Below are positions 49,797 through 59,342 of a stretch of DNA of 64,000 nucleotides, piece after piece (positions within the stretch are counted from its first letter, which is position 1; every line of letters begins with the position of its first letter). Made by a program: the position numbers and the translations under genes. Origin of the DNA: an uncultured Pelagibacteraceae bacterium (GTDB lineage: Bacteria > Pseudomonadota > Alphaproteobacteria > Pelagibacterales > Pelagibacteraceae); assembly GCA_902544985.1 (NCBI GenBank), contig CACCFV010000002.1, positions 17,177 to 81,176 on the forward strand. The letters are read 5' to 3'. Under the pieces are notes generated by a model that had not been told where the DNA came from, ran no database searches, and saw nothing but the letters and a program-made list of their open reading frames with translations.

Positions 49797-50947
49797 TGGG
49801 TTTAAAAGATTGCTATAATTTTGATGATTTTAGAAATCTTGCAAAAAAAAAACTTCCCTCGCCAATTTTTCATTATATTGATGGTGGTGCTGATGATGAG
49901 ACTACTTTAAAAAGAAATACTGAAGCTTTTAATCAGTGTGATTTAGTTCCAAATATTTTGGCAAGTGTTGGTAAGCCAGATTTATCAACCACAATATTCG
50001 GAAAAAAAATTGATATGCCAATTTTTTTATCTCCTTGTGCGATGCAAAGATTATACCACCATGATGGAGACAAAGCTTCAGCAAGAGCCGCTGAAAAATT
50101 TGGAACTTTTTATAGTATGTCTACAATGGCAAATAATACTATAGAAGAGGTTTCAAATATTTCTGGTGGACCAAAATTGTTTCAACTATATGTCCACAAA
50201 GATCAATCAATAACAGATGATTTGATAGATAGATGTAAAAGATCAGGATTTAATGGAATGTGTTTAACCGTTGATACATTAGTTGCAGGAAATAGAGAGA
50301 GAGATCATAGAACTGGATTTACAACACCACCAAAATTAACTTTACAAAGTCTGATGAGCTTTGCGAGCCATCCTAGTTGGGTCTTTAATTACCTAACACA
50401 TGGAAAATTCAAATTAGCCAATGTGGCAACAAAAACTGATAAAGGAACTAATATTGCCAAATCAGTCATACAATATATTAACGAACAATATGATCCTTCA
50501 ATGAATTGGAAAGATGCAGAGTACTGTATAAAAAGATGGAACGGTCCTTTTGCATTAAAAGGAGTTATGAGTGTTGACGATGCAAAAAGAGCAATTGATA
50601 TTGGCTGTACTGCAATTATGGTTTCAAATCATGGGGGTCGTCAGCTGGATGGATCTCGATCACCATTTGATCAAATAAAAGCAATTTCAGATGCGGTAGG
50701 AGATAAGCTAGAAATAATCTTAGATGGTGGAGTAAGGAGAGGTACGCACGTTCTAAAAGCCTTAGCAGCTGGCGCAAAAGCCTGTAGCTTTGGAAAGATA
50801 TTTTTGTTCTCTTTAGCCGCAGGTGGACAACAAGGAGTTGAGCATTTACTGAAAAACATGCACGATGAGATAAATAGAAATATGGTATTAATGGGTTGTA
50901 AAAGTTTAAAAGAGTTGAATAGTTCAAAATTAATTTATAGAAATTAG
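49796..50947 (+). CDS. lldD: FMN-dependent alpha-hydroxy-acid dehydrogenase/oxidase, copy 2
   Basis: FHYIDGGA, FQLY, VSNHGGRQLD, DGGVRRG; GTG overlaps the upstream TAG. Confidence 0.9.
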   Translation: MGLKDCYNFDDFRNLAKKKLPSPIFHYIDGGADDETTLKRNTEAFNQCDLVPNILASVGKPDLSTTIFGKKIDMPIFLSPCAMQRLYHHDGDKASARAAEKFGTFYSMSTMANNTIEEVSNISGGPKLFQLYVHKDQSITDDLIDRCKRSGFNGMCLTVDTLVAGNRERDHRTGFTTPPKLTLQSLMSFASHPSWVFNYLTHGKFKLANVATKTDKGTNIAKSVIQYINEQYDPSMNWKDAEYCIKRWNGPFALKGVMSVDDAKRAIDIGCTAIMVSNHGGRQLDGSRSPFDQIKAISDAVGDKLEIILDGGVRRGTHVLKALAAGAKACSFGKIFLFSLAAGGQQGVEHLLKNMHDEINRNMVLMGCKSLKELNSSKLIYRN

Positions 50948-50963
50948 GATAAATTTAGAAATT

Positions 50964-52130
50964 ATGAGGTTAGCAAAAAGTTTAGAAAGATTAGGTACTG
51001 AGTCTGCATTTACTGTTCTTGCGGAAGCAAAAAAATTAGAAGCCCAAGGTAAACCTATGATCCATTTAGGTTTAGGTCAGCCAGATTTTAAAACTCCTAA
51101 ACATGTTGTTGAGGCAGCAAAGAAAGCACTTGATGATGGACATCATGGATATGTAATGTCAAATGGTATTCCTGAATGTCGTCAGGCAGTCACAAGATGG
51201 ATAAAAAAACGTTACAATGTTGATATCAATTTTGAGAGAATTATAATCATGCCAGGTGGAAAACCAACAATGAGTTATGCTATTCAATGTTTTGGTGAAC
51301 CTGGAGCAGAAATTATACACCCAACACCTGCTTTTCCAATTTATGAGTCGATGATTAATTATACAGGCTCAACTTCAGTCCCATATGACTTAACAGAAAA
51401 TAAAGATTTAAAATTCGATCCAGACAAAATATTATCCATGATAACAGATAAGACTCGATTATTAATTTTAATTAATCCAAACAATCCAACCGGAAGCTTT
51501 GTAGAGAAAAAAGATGTAGATGTTTTAGCTGATGGTCTGAAGAAGTACCCTCATGTAACAATACTTAGCGATGAAATTTATAGCAGACAAATTTTTGATG
51601 GAAAAGAAATGCCAACATTTTTTAATTATCCAGAGTTAAGAGAAAGATTAATTGTATTAGAAGGATGGAGTAAGGCTTATTCAATGACTGGATGGAGACT
51701 TGGTTGGAGTTTTTGGCCGGAACACTTAGTTGAACATGTTAATAAATTATTAATTAACAGTGTTTCATGTGTTAATGCTGCTGCTCAATTTGCTGGTATT
51801 GCTGCATTAGATGGACCAGACGATTCGATTGATGCAATGATGGAAAAATTTACTCAAAGAAGAGATCTGATTCACAAAGGATTAAATGATTTACCAGGTG
51901 TAGAATGTAGTTTACCTGGAGGAGCCTTTTATGCATTTCCTAAAGTAATTGGTACTGGCATGAATGGCGCAGAGTTTGCAAGAAAGGCTATGCACGAGGC
52001 AGGAGTAGCAATAGTTCCTGGATCGGCTTTTGGCGAAACCTGCCAAAATTATGTTAGATTTAGTTTTGCCGCATCTAGAGATAATATTTCACAAGCATTG
52101 GAAAATATAAAGAAAATGCTTTCTAAATAA
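50964..52130 (+). CDS. PLP-dependent class I/II aminotransferase (AspC-like)
   Basis: LGQPDF, NPNNPTG, SDEIY, SKAYSMTGWRLG, GAFY. Confidence 0.93.
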   Translation: MRLAKSLERLGTESAFTVLAEAKKLEAQGKPMIHLGLGQPDFKTPKHVVEAAKKALDDGHHGYVMSNGIPECRQAVTRWIKKRYNVDINFERIIIMPGGKPTMSYAIQCFGEPGAEIIHPTPAFPIYESMINYTGSTSVPYDLTENKDLKFDPDKILSMITDKTRLLILINPNNPTGSFVEKKDVDVLADGLKKYPHVTILSDEIYSRQIFDGKEMPTFFNYPELRERLIVLEGWSKAYSMTGWRLGWSFWPEHLVEHVNKLLINSVSCVNAAAQFAGIAALDGPDDSIDAMMEKFTQRRDLIHKGLNDLPGVECSLPGGAFYAFPKVIGTGMNGAEFARKAMHEAGVAIVPGSAFGETCQNYVRFSFAASRDNISQALENIKKMLSK

Positions 52131-52169
52131 GGTGTATTTTTTTAGCATTATTTATTAATATCAACTCTT

Positions 52170-53543
52170 ATGAACGATCAAGTACAAGCTGAGTTAAAAA
52201 AAATTTTTAATGGAAGATTTTCGACTTCTGTATCTACGAGAACAAATTATGCCAGAGGTGAAGATACTTATGATCCAATTTTGTCAAAAGCTGTAGTATT
52301 CCCAGAAACTAATCAGGAGGTTTCTCAAATATTAAGACTATGTAATGAACATAAAATTCCTGTGGTGCCATTTGGTACAGGTACCTCTTTAGAGGGTAAT
52401 GTGGTTGGTAATGAAAAAGGGATAACCATTAGCCTTGAAAAAATGAATAAAATTTTAAGTGTTAATGCTGAGGACTTTGATTGTAGGGTTCAAGCCTGTG
52501 TTACAAAAGAACAATTAAATGAATATCTTAGAGAGGACGGTGTCTTTTTTCCAATTGATCCAGGTGCTAATGCAGCAATCGGAGGTATGGCTTCCACATC
52601 GGCTTCGGGAACAATGGCGGTTAAATACGGCACTATGAAAACTGTAATTACTGGTCTGACTGTTGTTTTGCCTAATGGAGATATTATTAACACAGGAGGA
52701 AGAACGAAAAAAACCTCAGCGGGTTATAATCTCACTAATTTATTTATTGGTTCTGAGGGAACTTTAGGAGTTATAACGGAAGTTCAATTAAGACTTTCTC
52801 CCATTCCAGAGAGCATAATGTCTGCTGTCTGTCACTTCCCGACTTTAGAAAAAGCAGTTCAAACCGCGCAACAAGTTATTCAATATGGGGTCCCAATCGC
52901 AAGAATTGAAATGTTAAATAAAGACCAAATGGGAATAAGTATAAATTATTCAAAATTAAAAGATATTGAGGAAACGCCGACATTATTTTTTGAATTTCAT
53001 GGATCAGAATTATCTAATAATGAAAATATCAAAATAGTAGAGGAAATATCTAAAGATAATAATGGGAGCTCTTTTAAATGGGCAAAAGATTTAGAGGAAA
53101 GAAATAAACTCTGGCAAGCAAGATGGGACGTTTACTATTCTGTAAAAGCTTTGATAAATAATGGAAGAGTTTATTCAACAGATGTGTGTTTACCTATCTC
53201 AAATATAACAGAATGTGTAAATTATGCAGAGGAACAAGCTAAAAAGTTCGGACTTAGAGCTCCGATGGTGGGCCACTTAGGAGATGGAAATTTTCATGTA
53301 TTATTACCTTTTGATCCTGAAAAAAAAGAAATGTATAAAAAAATAAGAGAATTTAACGATTTATTAATAAAAAAGGCTTTAGAACTTAAAGGAACGATCA
53401 CAGGAGAACATGGTGTAGGCCTTCATAAAAAAGAATATCTTTTAAAGGAGCATGGAGACAACATTCCTGTTATGAAATTAATTAAAAGAAGCATTGATCA
53501 AAACAATATAATGAATCCAGGCAAGATATTTGATCTTAATTAA
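52170..53543 (+). CDS. FAD-linked oxidase, D-lactate dehydrogenase (Dld/LDHD-type; GlcD superfamily)
   Basis: FGTGTSLEG, FPIDPGA, GSEGTLG, GHLGDGNFH, TGEHGVG, MNPGK. Confidence 0.88.
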   Translation: MNDQVQAELKKIFNGRFSTSVSTRTNYARGEDTYDPILSKAVVFPETNQEVSQILRLCNEHKIPVVPFGTGTSLEGNVVGNEKGITISLEKMNKILSVNAEDFDCRVQACVTKEQLNEYLREDGVFFPIDPGANAAIGGMASTSASGTMAVKYGTMKTVITGLTVVLPNGDIINTGGRTKKTSAGYNLTNLFIGSEGTLGVITEVQLRLSPIPESIMSAVCHFPTLEKAVQTAQQVIQYGVPIARIEMLNKDQMGISINYSKLKDIEETPTLFFEFHGSELSNNENIKIVEEISKDNNGSSFKWAKDLEERNKLWQARWDVYYSVKALINNGRVYSTDVCLPISNITECVNYAEEQAKKFGLRAPMVGHLGDGNFHVLLPFDPEKKEMYKKIREFNDLLIKKALELKGTITGEHGVGLHKKEYLLKEHGDNIPVMKLIKRSIDQNNIMNPGKIFDLN

Positions 53544-53555
53544 CAAAAATATTTT

Positions 53556-54509
53556 ATGAAAAAAATTTTGATTACAAGAAAATTAATCAAAGAAAGTGAA
53601 GATAAAGCTTCAAAGACATTTGATCCAATATTCAATTCTAATGATGAGTTATACTCACAATCAAAAGTTATAGAGATGAGCCAAGGTTGTGATGGTATAC
53701 TATCCTCTTTAACCGATAAGATGGATAAAGAGACTATTGATAAGTTACCAGATACAATAAAAATTATTTCAAATTTTGCAGTTGGTTTTGGAAATATAGA
53801 TTTGGAAGCAGCAAAAAAAAGAGGAATTGCAGTTACTAATACACCAGAAGTTTTATCAGATGCAACAGCTGAGATTGGTATTCTTTTAATATTGGGAGCT
53901 TGTAGAAGGGCCGCAGAAGGAATTGAGTCTGCCAGAGAGGGTGGATGGAAATGGTCTGCAGATTATTTGATTGGTAAACAATTAACTGGAACAAGGCTTG
54001 GAGTTTTAGGAATGGGTAGAATTGGACAAAAAATTGCTAGGATTGCTAAATCATTAGGAATGATTATTCACTATCATAACCGGTCAAAACTGAGTGAGGA
54101 GAAAGAGCAAGGTGCCATTTATCACGATAATTTAAAAAGTCTTTTTTCAGTGTCTGATGTTTTATCTATTTGTTGTCCAGCAACAAAAGAGACTGAAAAT
54201 ATGATAAACAAAGAGACTGTTGAGTATTTCCCTAAAGGAGCAGTAATCACTAACGTTGCAAGAGGTGATATAGTTGATGATGATGCATTGATTGATGCAC
54301 TTAATAGACGAAAAATTTATGCTGCAGGACTTGATGTTTATAAGAATGAGCCAAATTTAAATCCAGGATACTTAAAGATTAAGTCAGCTTTTATTTTACC
54401 CCACTTAGGCAGTGCAACTAAAGATACTAGAATTGCTATGGCAAACCTTGCGATAGATAATATTGATGAATTCTTCAAGACAGGAAATTGCACAAATAAA
54501 GTAAATTAA
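53556..54509 (+). CDS. D-2-hydroxyacid dehydrogenase (glyoxylate/hydroxypyruvate reductase-like)
   Basis: VTNTP, GMGRIG, NVARG, GLDVY.NEP, LPHLGSAT. Confidence 0.92.
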   Translation: MKKILITRKLIKESEDKASKTFDPIFNSNDELYSQSKVIEMSQGCDGILSSLTDKMDKETIDKLPDTIKIISNFAVGFGNIDLEAAKKRGIAVTNTPEVLSDATAEIGILLILGACRRAAEGIESAREGGWKWSADYLIGKQLTGTRLGVLGMGRIGQKIARIAKSLGMIIHYHNRSKLSEEKEQGAIYHDNLKSLFSVSDVLSICCPATKETENMINKETVEYFPKGAVITNVARGDIVDDDALIDALNRRKIYAAGLDVYKNEPNLNPGYLKIKSAFILPHLGSATKDTRIAMANLAIDNIDEFFKTGNCTNKVN

Positions 54510-54627
54510 TTCTACTACAGATTGAAATTAATTTAAATTCTGCGACATCTACCCCATTTTTTGGAAAGACTCTAAATTGATTCTATGCTTAAATTGGTCG
54601 AGTTAATTAACTTTAATAGGAGTAATA

Positions 54628-55785
54628 ATGACAAAAGAAAATAAATCATTGAAGGTGAAAACATCTTCAAGACGTAAGTTCTTTAAAACTGCTGCTAAAG
54701 CTGGTGCTGTAGCTGCAGCTGCGGTTGCAATGCCAAACATAGCAACTGCTGGCGGTCATAAAACTTTAAAGATGCAAGCTGCATGGCCAAGTGGAGCAAA
54801 CATCTTTTTTGAAATGGCCGGTGACTACTGCAAAATGGTAGATGAGATGTCTGGAGGTACACTTAAGATTGATCTTCAACCAGTTGGTGCAGTCGTGAAG
54901 ACATCAGAAATCGGACAAGCAGTAAGTTCTGGTGTAGTAGATATGGGTCACTGGGTGACTGCATATTGGTATGGTAAAAATCCAGCTGCATCACTATTTG
55001 GAACTGGTCCTTCATACGGTATGTCATCTCAAGAAGTTATGGGATGGATGGAGTATGGTGGAGGAAGAAAACTGTATGACGAAACTCTTGCAAAAGTAGG
55101 TTTCGATTATATTGGTTTTTTCCATATGCCTATGCCAGCACAGCCTTTTGGATGGTTCAAAAAGAACGTAACAAAAGTATCTGATGTTAAAGGTATGAAG
55201 TACAGAACAGTTGGTCTAGCGACTAACGTTTTGACTGCAATGGGAATGGTAGTTAGACAATTACCAGGTGGTGAAATTCAGCCAGCTATGAAAACTGGTT
55301 TGATTGAAGCTGCTGAGTTTAACAACCCAACTTCAGACTCTCAATTTGGTATGCAAGACGTTTCTAAGCATTATCACTTAGGAAGCTTCCACCAATCACA
55401 AGAGATGTTTGAGATTCCAGTTAACAAAAAAACATATAATAGTTTATCACCTGCGCACCAAGCGATATTGAAAAATGCCGCTTATGCTGCAAACAGTGAT
55501 AACTACTTTAAAGCTTTAGTAAGATACTCAGCTGACTTAGCTAAGTTGATGAATGAGCATAAAGTAAATGTTTACCAAACTTCAGATGAGATTTTGGCTC
55601 AACAATTAAAAGGTTGGGACAAAGTAATTGGTGACTTTAATAAGAAAGATCCTTTCTTTAAGAAAGTTGTTGATTCTCAAAAAGCTTATGCGAAGAGAGT
55701 AATGAAGTACTTGCTGATGAATCAGCCTAATTACAAACTTGCATATGAAAATGAGTTTGGTCCAATTGGAAAAGTTAAGATATAA
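54628..55785 (+). CDS. TRAP substrate-binding protein, TakP-like (2-oxo/2-hydroxy monocarboxylates), Tat-exported
   Basis: SRRKFFK twin-arginine signal, YWYGK, QPFGWF, KYRTVG, LPGGEI.PA, AAEF; strong SD GGAG. Confidence 0.88.
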   Translation: MTKENKSLKVKTSSRRKFFKTAAKAGAVAAAAVAMPNIATAGGHKTLKMQAAWPSGANIFFEMAGDYCKMVDEMSGGTLKIDLQPVGAVVKTSEIGQAVSSGVVDMGHWVTAYWYGKNPAASLFGTGPSYGMSSQEVMGWMEYGGGRKLYDETLAKVGFDYIGFFHMPMPAQPFGWFKKNVTKVSDVKGMKYRTVGLATNVLTAMGMVVRQLPGGEIQPAMKTGLIEAAEFNNPTSDSQFGMQDVSKHYHLGSFHQSQEMFEIPVNKKTYNSLSPAHQAILKNAAYAANSDNYFKALVRYSADLAKLMNEHKVNVYQTSDEILAQQLKGWDKVIGDFNKKDPFFKKVVDSQKAYAKRVMKYLLMNQPNYKLAYENEFGPIGKVKI

Positions 55786-55806
55786 TTAACTTTTATAAAT
55801 TTTAAT

Positions 55807-55830
55807 GAGGGGGCTTCGGCCCCCTTTTTT
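55807..55830 (+). terminator. Rho-independent terminator after the TRAP SBP gene
   Basis: AGGGGGC-TTCG-GCCCCCT then a T-run. Confidence 0.92.
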
Positions 55831-55870
55831 ATTTGATTAATTCAAGACAATTCAATAAGAGTCTATATCT

Positions 55871-56464
55871 ATGATGAGATCTTACATAAAATTCGCTGAT
55901 CGTTTGAGTGTCTCGATGGGTAAAGCATTCTCGTGGTGTATAGTAATTTTGATGGGTGGAACATGCTATGAAGTTTTTATGGCGTATGCTTTGAATGCCC
56001 CAACCTTGTGGAATTTCGATTTTAGTCTTCAGATGTATGGTGCAATTTTTATGATGGCTGGAGCTTATACTTTATGCACTGAAGCGCATGTTAGAGGAGA
56101 TGTTATATACAGATTATTTTCTCAGAGAACGCAAGCTTGGATAGATGTTGTTTTATATTTTATTTTCTTCTTCCCTGGCGTTATTGCTTTAGCTTTTTAT
56201 GGTTATGAATATGCAGCATTAGCATGGAAAATTAAAGAAACAAGTTGGAATAGTCCTGCACAAATCCAAATTTATATGGCAAAATCTTTAATACCATTAT
56301 CTGGAGCACTTTTAACACTTCAAGGAATTGGTGAGGTATTTAGATGTATCATTTGTATTCAAACAGGTAGTTGGCCTGAAAGAGGAACAGAGCGTGATGC
56401 TGAGGAAACTGAAAAAGTATTAATGAGAACTTCACAAGAAGGAAACAAAGAAGATGTTATTTAG
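55871..56464 (+). CDS. dctQ: TRAP transporter small permease
   Basis: 4 TMs, APTLW, GAYTL...AHVRGD, ETSW. Confidence 0.9.
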   Translation: MMRSYIKFADRLSVSMGKAFSWCIVILMGGTCYEVFMAYALNAPTLWNFDFSLQMYGAIFMMAGAYTLCTEAHVRGDVIYRLFSQRTQAWIDVVLYFIFFFPGVIALAFYGYEYAALAWKIKETSWNSPAQIQIYMAKSLIPLSGALLTLQGIGEVFRCIICIQTGSWPERGTERDAEETEKVLMRTSQEGNKEDVI

Positions 56465-57815
56465 TCTTACAAATCCAGAAGTAGCAATTATGATGATGGG
56501 AATATTTCTATTTGCCGTCTTATTAGGTTTCCCTATTGCTTTCACGTTAATGGCAATGGGTTTAGGTTTTGGATACTACGCATATTTTGATCCGACTAAG
56601 ATGGAGCATCTGTTTGATAACAGGATATTTCAACTTTTTGTTCAAAATACTTATACTGTAATGGATAACAATGTGTTAACCGCAGTCCCCCTCTTTTTAT
56701 TTATGGGGTATTTAGTTGAGAGAGCTGGGATTGTTGCAAAGTTATTTTTTGCAATAAGATTAGCATCTCACAAACTTCCAGCTTCAATGGCAGTTGCTGC
56801 ATTGATTACCTGTGCACTATTTTCAACCGCAACAGGTATCATAGGAGCAGTAGTAACGTTAATGGGTCTTCTTGCTTGGCCAGCCATGATTAAAGCTGGT
56901 TATGATAAAAAATTTGCATCTGGAATTATTTGTTCAGGAGGTTGTCTAGGAATTTTAATTCCACCTAGCATTATGTTGATTGTTTATTCTGTAATTGCCC
57001 AATTGTCGCCTTTACGATTATTTGCAGCTGCAATCTTCCCAGGATTAATGTTAGCAGGACTTTATATCGGTTATGCCGTATTTAGGGCTTGGATGAATCC
57101 TTCAATAGCTCCAAAACCTGCAGCAGAAGAGATACCTCCTACTGCAGTAATTATGAAAGAAGTTTTAGTTTCTTTCTTACCATTATTTTCTTTAATAATC
57201 CTTGTTTTAGGAACAATACTTGCAGGTATAGCAACCCCAGCAGAGGCAGCCGCTGTCGGTGCATTTGGCTCATTAGTGCTTTCATATTTTTATAAAACAC
57301 TTAAATGGAAAAATTTTAAAGAGTCAGTTTTTCTTACAGCAAAAACAACAGCCATGATTATGTGGTTGTTCATTGGTTCTTGGACATTTGCCTCAGTATT
57401 TTCATACTTGGGTGGTCACGAAGTTTTTGAGCATTTTTTCAAATCTTTAAATTTACAGCCTTGGCAGTTTTTAGTTATTACCCAATTAATTATATTTTTA
57501 TTGGGATGGCCCCTAGAATGGACCGAGATATTAATCATATTTGTACCGATATTTTTACCGTTAGTTGAATTTTTTGGAGTTAATCCATATTTTTTTGCAA
57601 TGTTAATCGCATTAAATTTACAAACCTCATTTCTGACACCCCCCATGGCAATGTCAGCTTATTATTTGAAAGGAGTTCAATCAAAGAATGTTGAACTTAT
57701 GGAAATTTTTGGAGGGATAATGCCTTTCTTAGGAATTGTAATTTTAGCGATGGTTCTGATGTATTTATTCCCAGGAATAGCACTTTGGTTACCAGAGACA
57801 TTATTTGCAAATTAA
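56454..57815 (+). CDS. dctM: TRAP transporter large permease
   Basis: GFPIAFTL, AVPLFLFMG, LGILIPPSIM, ATPAEAA, QTSFLTPPM. Confidence 0.94.
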   Translation: MLFSLTNPEVAIMMMGIFLFAVLLGFPIAFTLMAMGLGFGYYAYFDPTKMEHLFDNRIFQLFVQNTYTVMDNNVLTAVPLFLFMGYLVERAGIVAKLFFAIRLASHKLPASMAVAALITCALFSTATGIIGAVVTLMGLLAWPAMIKAGYDKKFASGIICSGGCLGILIPPSIMLIVYSVIAQLSPLRLFAAAIFPGLMLAGLYIGYAVFRAWMNPSIAPKPAAEEIPPTAVIMKEVLVSFLPLFSLIILVLGTILAGIATPAEAAAVGAFGSLVLSYFYKTLKWKNFKESVFLTAKTTAMIMWLFIGSWTFASVFSYLGGHEVFEHFFKSLNLQPWQFLVITQLIIFLLGWPLEWTEILIIFVPIFLPLVEFFGVNPYFFAMLIALNLQTSFLTPPMAMSAYYLKGVQSKNVELMEIFGGIMPFLGIVILAMVLMYLFPGIALWLPETLFAN

Positions 57816-57821
57816 TTTTAA

Positions 57822-59150
57822 ATGACAGATATATTTTCTTTAAGTCTTGAGGAACTAGCAAAAAAGATAAAAGATGCCCAACTTACATCAGTCGAAGTTT
57901 GTGAAAAATATATTGAACGAATAGATAAGTTTGAAAAAGATGTAAAAGCCTGGGCACATTTTGATAAAAAAGTTCTGTTAGAAAAAGCAACTGAGGCTGA
58001 TGATCATAGAAGATCAGGAAAACCAGTAGGATCACTGCATGGAGTACCGATAGCAGTTAAAGATATTATTGGAACTGTTGATATGCCTACTGAGTGTGGA
58101 ACTGTAATCAGGAAAGGAAAATCATATTCTCAAAATGCTGAAATAATTGATTTGCTTCATGCATCAGGAGCAATTGTCATGGGCAAAACAGCAACCTCAG
58201 AACTTGCCTACCTAGGACCTCCAGCTACAACTAATCCTCACGACAAAGATAGAACACCGGGTGGTTCATCTAGTGGATCAGCAGCTACGGTTGCTTCCTT
58301 TATGGCACCAGCTTCTATCGGCTCTCAAACAGGAGGATCTGTAATAAGACCAGCATCTTATTGTGGTGTAGTTGGTTATAAACCAAGCTATGGACTTATT
58401 TCAAGAAACGGAGTTCTAAGAACCTCGTACAGCTTAGATCAAATAGGAATGTTTGGTCGTAAAGTTGAAGATGTAGCTATGTTAGCAAAGGTATTGATAA
58501 AGAAAGATAAATATGATCCAGCTACGATTCATTACTCTACAGAAAATATTTTAACTGAAACTAAGAAAGGTCCAATTTTTGAACCTAAGTTTATCTTTTA
58601 CAAAACCGATCATTGGAAAATAATTGATAAAAAATCACGAGAGTCTTTTGAATATTTTATTAAATCTTTTAAAAAAAATATTGAGATATTTGATACTCCC
58701 TCATATTTTAAGGATATACACAAATATCACCAAATTATTCATGAAACAGACTTAGCAAATAATTTTTCTGTTTATTTTCAAAAATTTAAAAAGAAACTCT
58801 CAAAGTATATGCAGGATGCTATTTCAAATGGAAATAAATACACCGCAAAAGAATACGCCGAGGCAATTGATTTTATGAAAAGAAGTTATGAGTCTTATGA
58901 AGAAGTATTTGAAGACTATCATGGAGTATTATCGCCATCTAGTCCAGGTGTTGCACCTAAAGGATTAAAGAGTACTGGAACAGCAGAATTTAACAAAGTC
59001 TGGTCTTATCTAGGTACCCCTTGTATATCACTGCCTTTACTTGAGGGCGAAAATAATCTACCATTAGGAGTTCAATTAATTGGCAGCAAATATGATGATC
59101 ATAGATTTTTAGGTGTTGCTAATTGGCTTGAAAAGGAGTGTCAGGATTAA
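57822..59150 (+). CDS. Amidase signature family protein
   Basis: LHGVPIAVKD, PGGSSSGS, GSQTGGSVIRPAS. Confidence 0.93.
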   Translation: MTDIFSLSLEELAKKIKDAQLTSVEVCEKYIERIDKFEKDVKAWAHFDKKVLLEKATEADDHRRSGKPVGSLHGVPIAVKDIIGTVDMPTECGTVIRKGKSYSQNAEIIDLLHASGAIVMGKTATSELAYLGPPATTNPHDKDRTPGGSSSGSAATVASFMAPASIGSQTGGSVIRPASYCGVVGYKPSYGLISRNGVLRTSYSLDQIGMFGRKVEDVAMLAKVLIKKDKYDPATIHYSTENILTETKKGPIFEPKFIFYKTDHWKIIDKKSRESFEYFIKSFKKNIEIFDTPSYFKDIHKYHQIIHETDLANNFSVYFQKFKKKLSKYMQDAISNGNKYTAKEYAEAIDFMKRSYESYEEVFEDYHGVLSPSSPGVAPKGLKSTGTAEFNKVWSYLGTPCISLPLLEGENNLPLGVQLIGSKYDDHRFLGVANWLEKECQD

Positions 59151-59154
59151 GTGT

Positions 59155-59331
59155 ATGAATAAAATAACAACAATAATAGGTTTGTCATTTGCTGTTTTCT
59201 TTTTAATTGGTCTAGCGACTACTCTTACTAGATCAATGATGATTGGTTTTTTAGATGTAATTCCAGTTTATTTTTTGATGGGTGCTGCCATCATAATGAT
59301 GATTTACGAAGCCTTCTTTGATAAAAGTTAA
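59155..59331 (+). CDS. Hypothetical two-TM membrane protein (58 aa)
   Basis: ATG 4 nt after the amidase stop; two hydrophobic helices. Confidence 0.65.
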   Translation: MNKITTIIGLSFAVFFLIGLATTLTRSMMIGFLDVIPVYFLMGAAIIMMIYEAFFDKS

Positions 59332-59342
59332 TTTGTCGTAAA

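Noticed and set aside
54541-54556. TGCGACATCTACCCCA as a RegA/PrrA-type box upstream of the TRAP SBP gene
   Set aside because: Only the left half matches; single instance.
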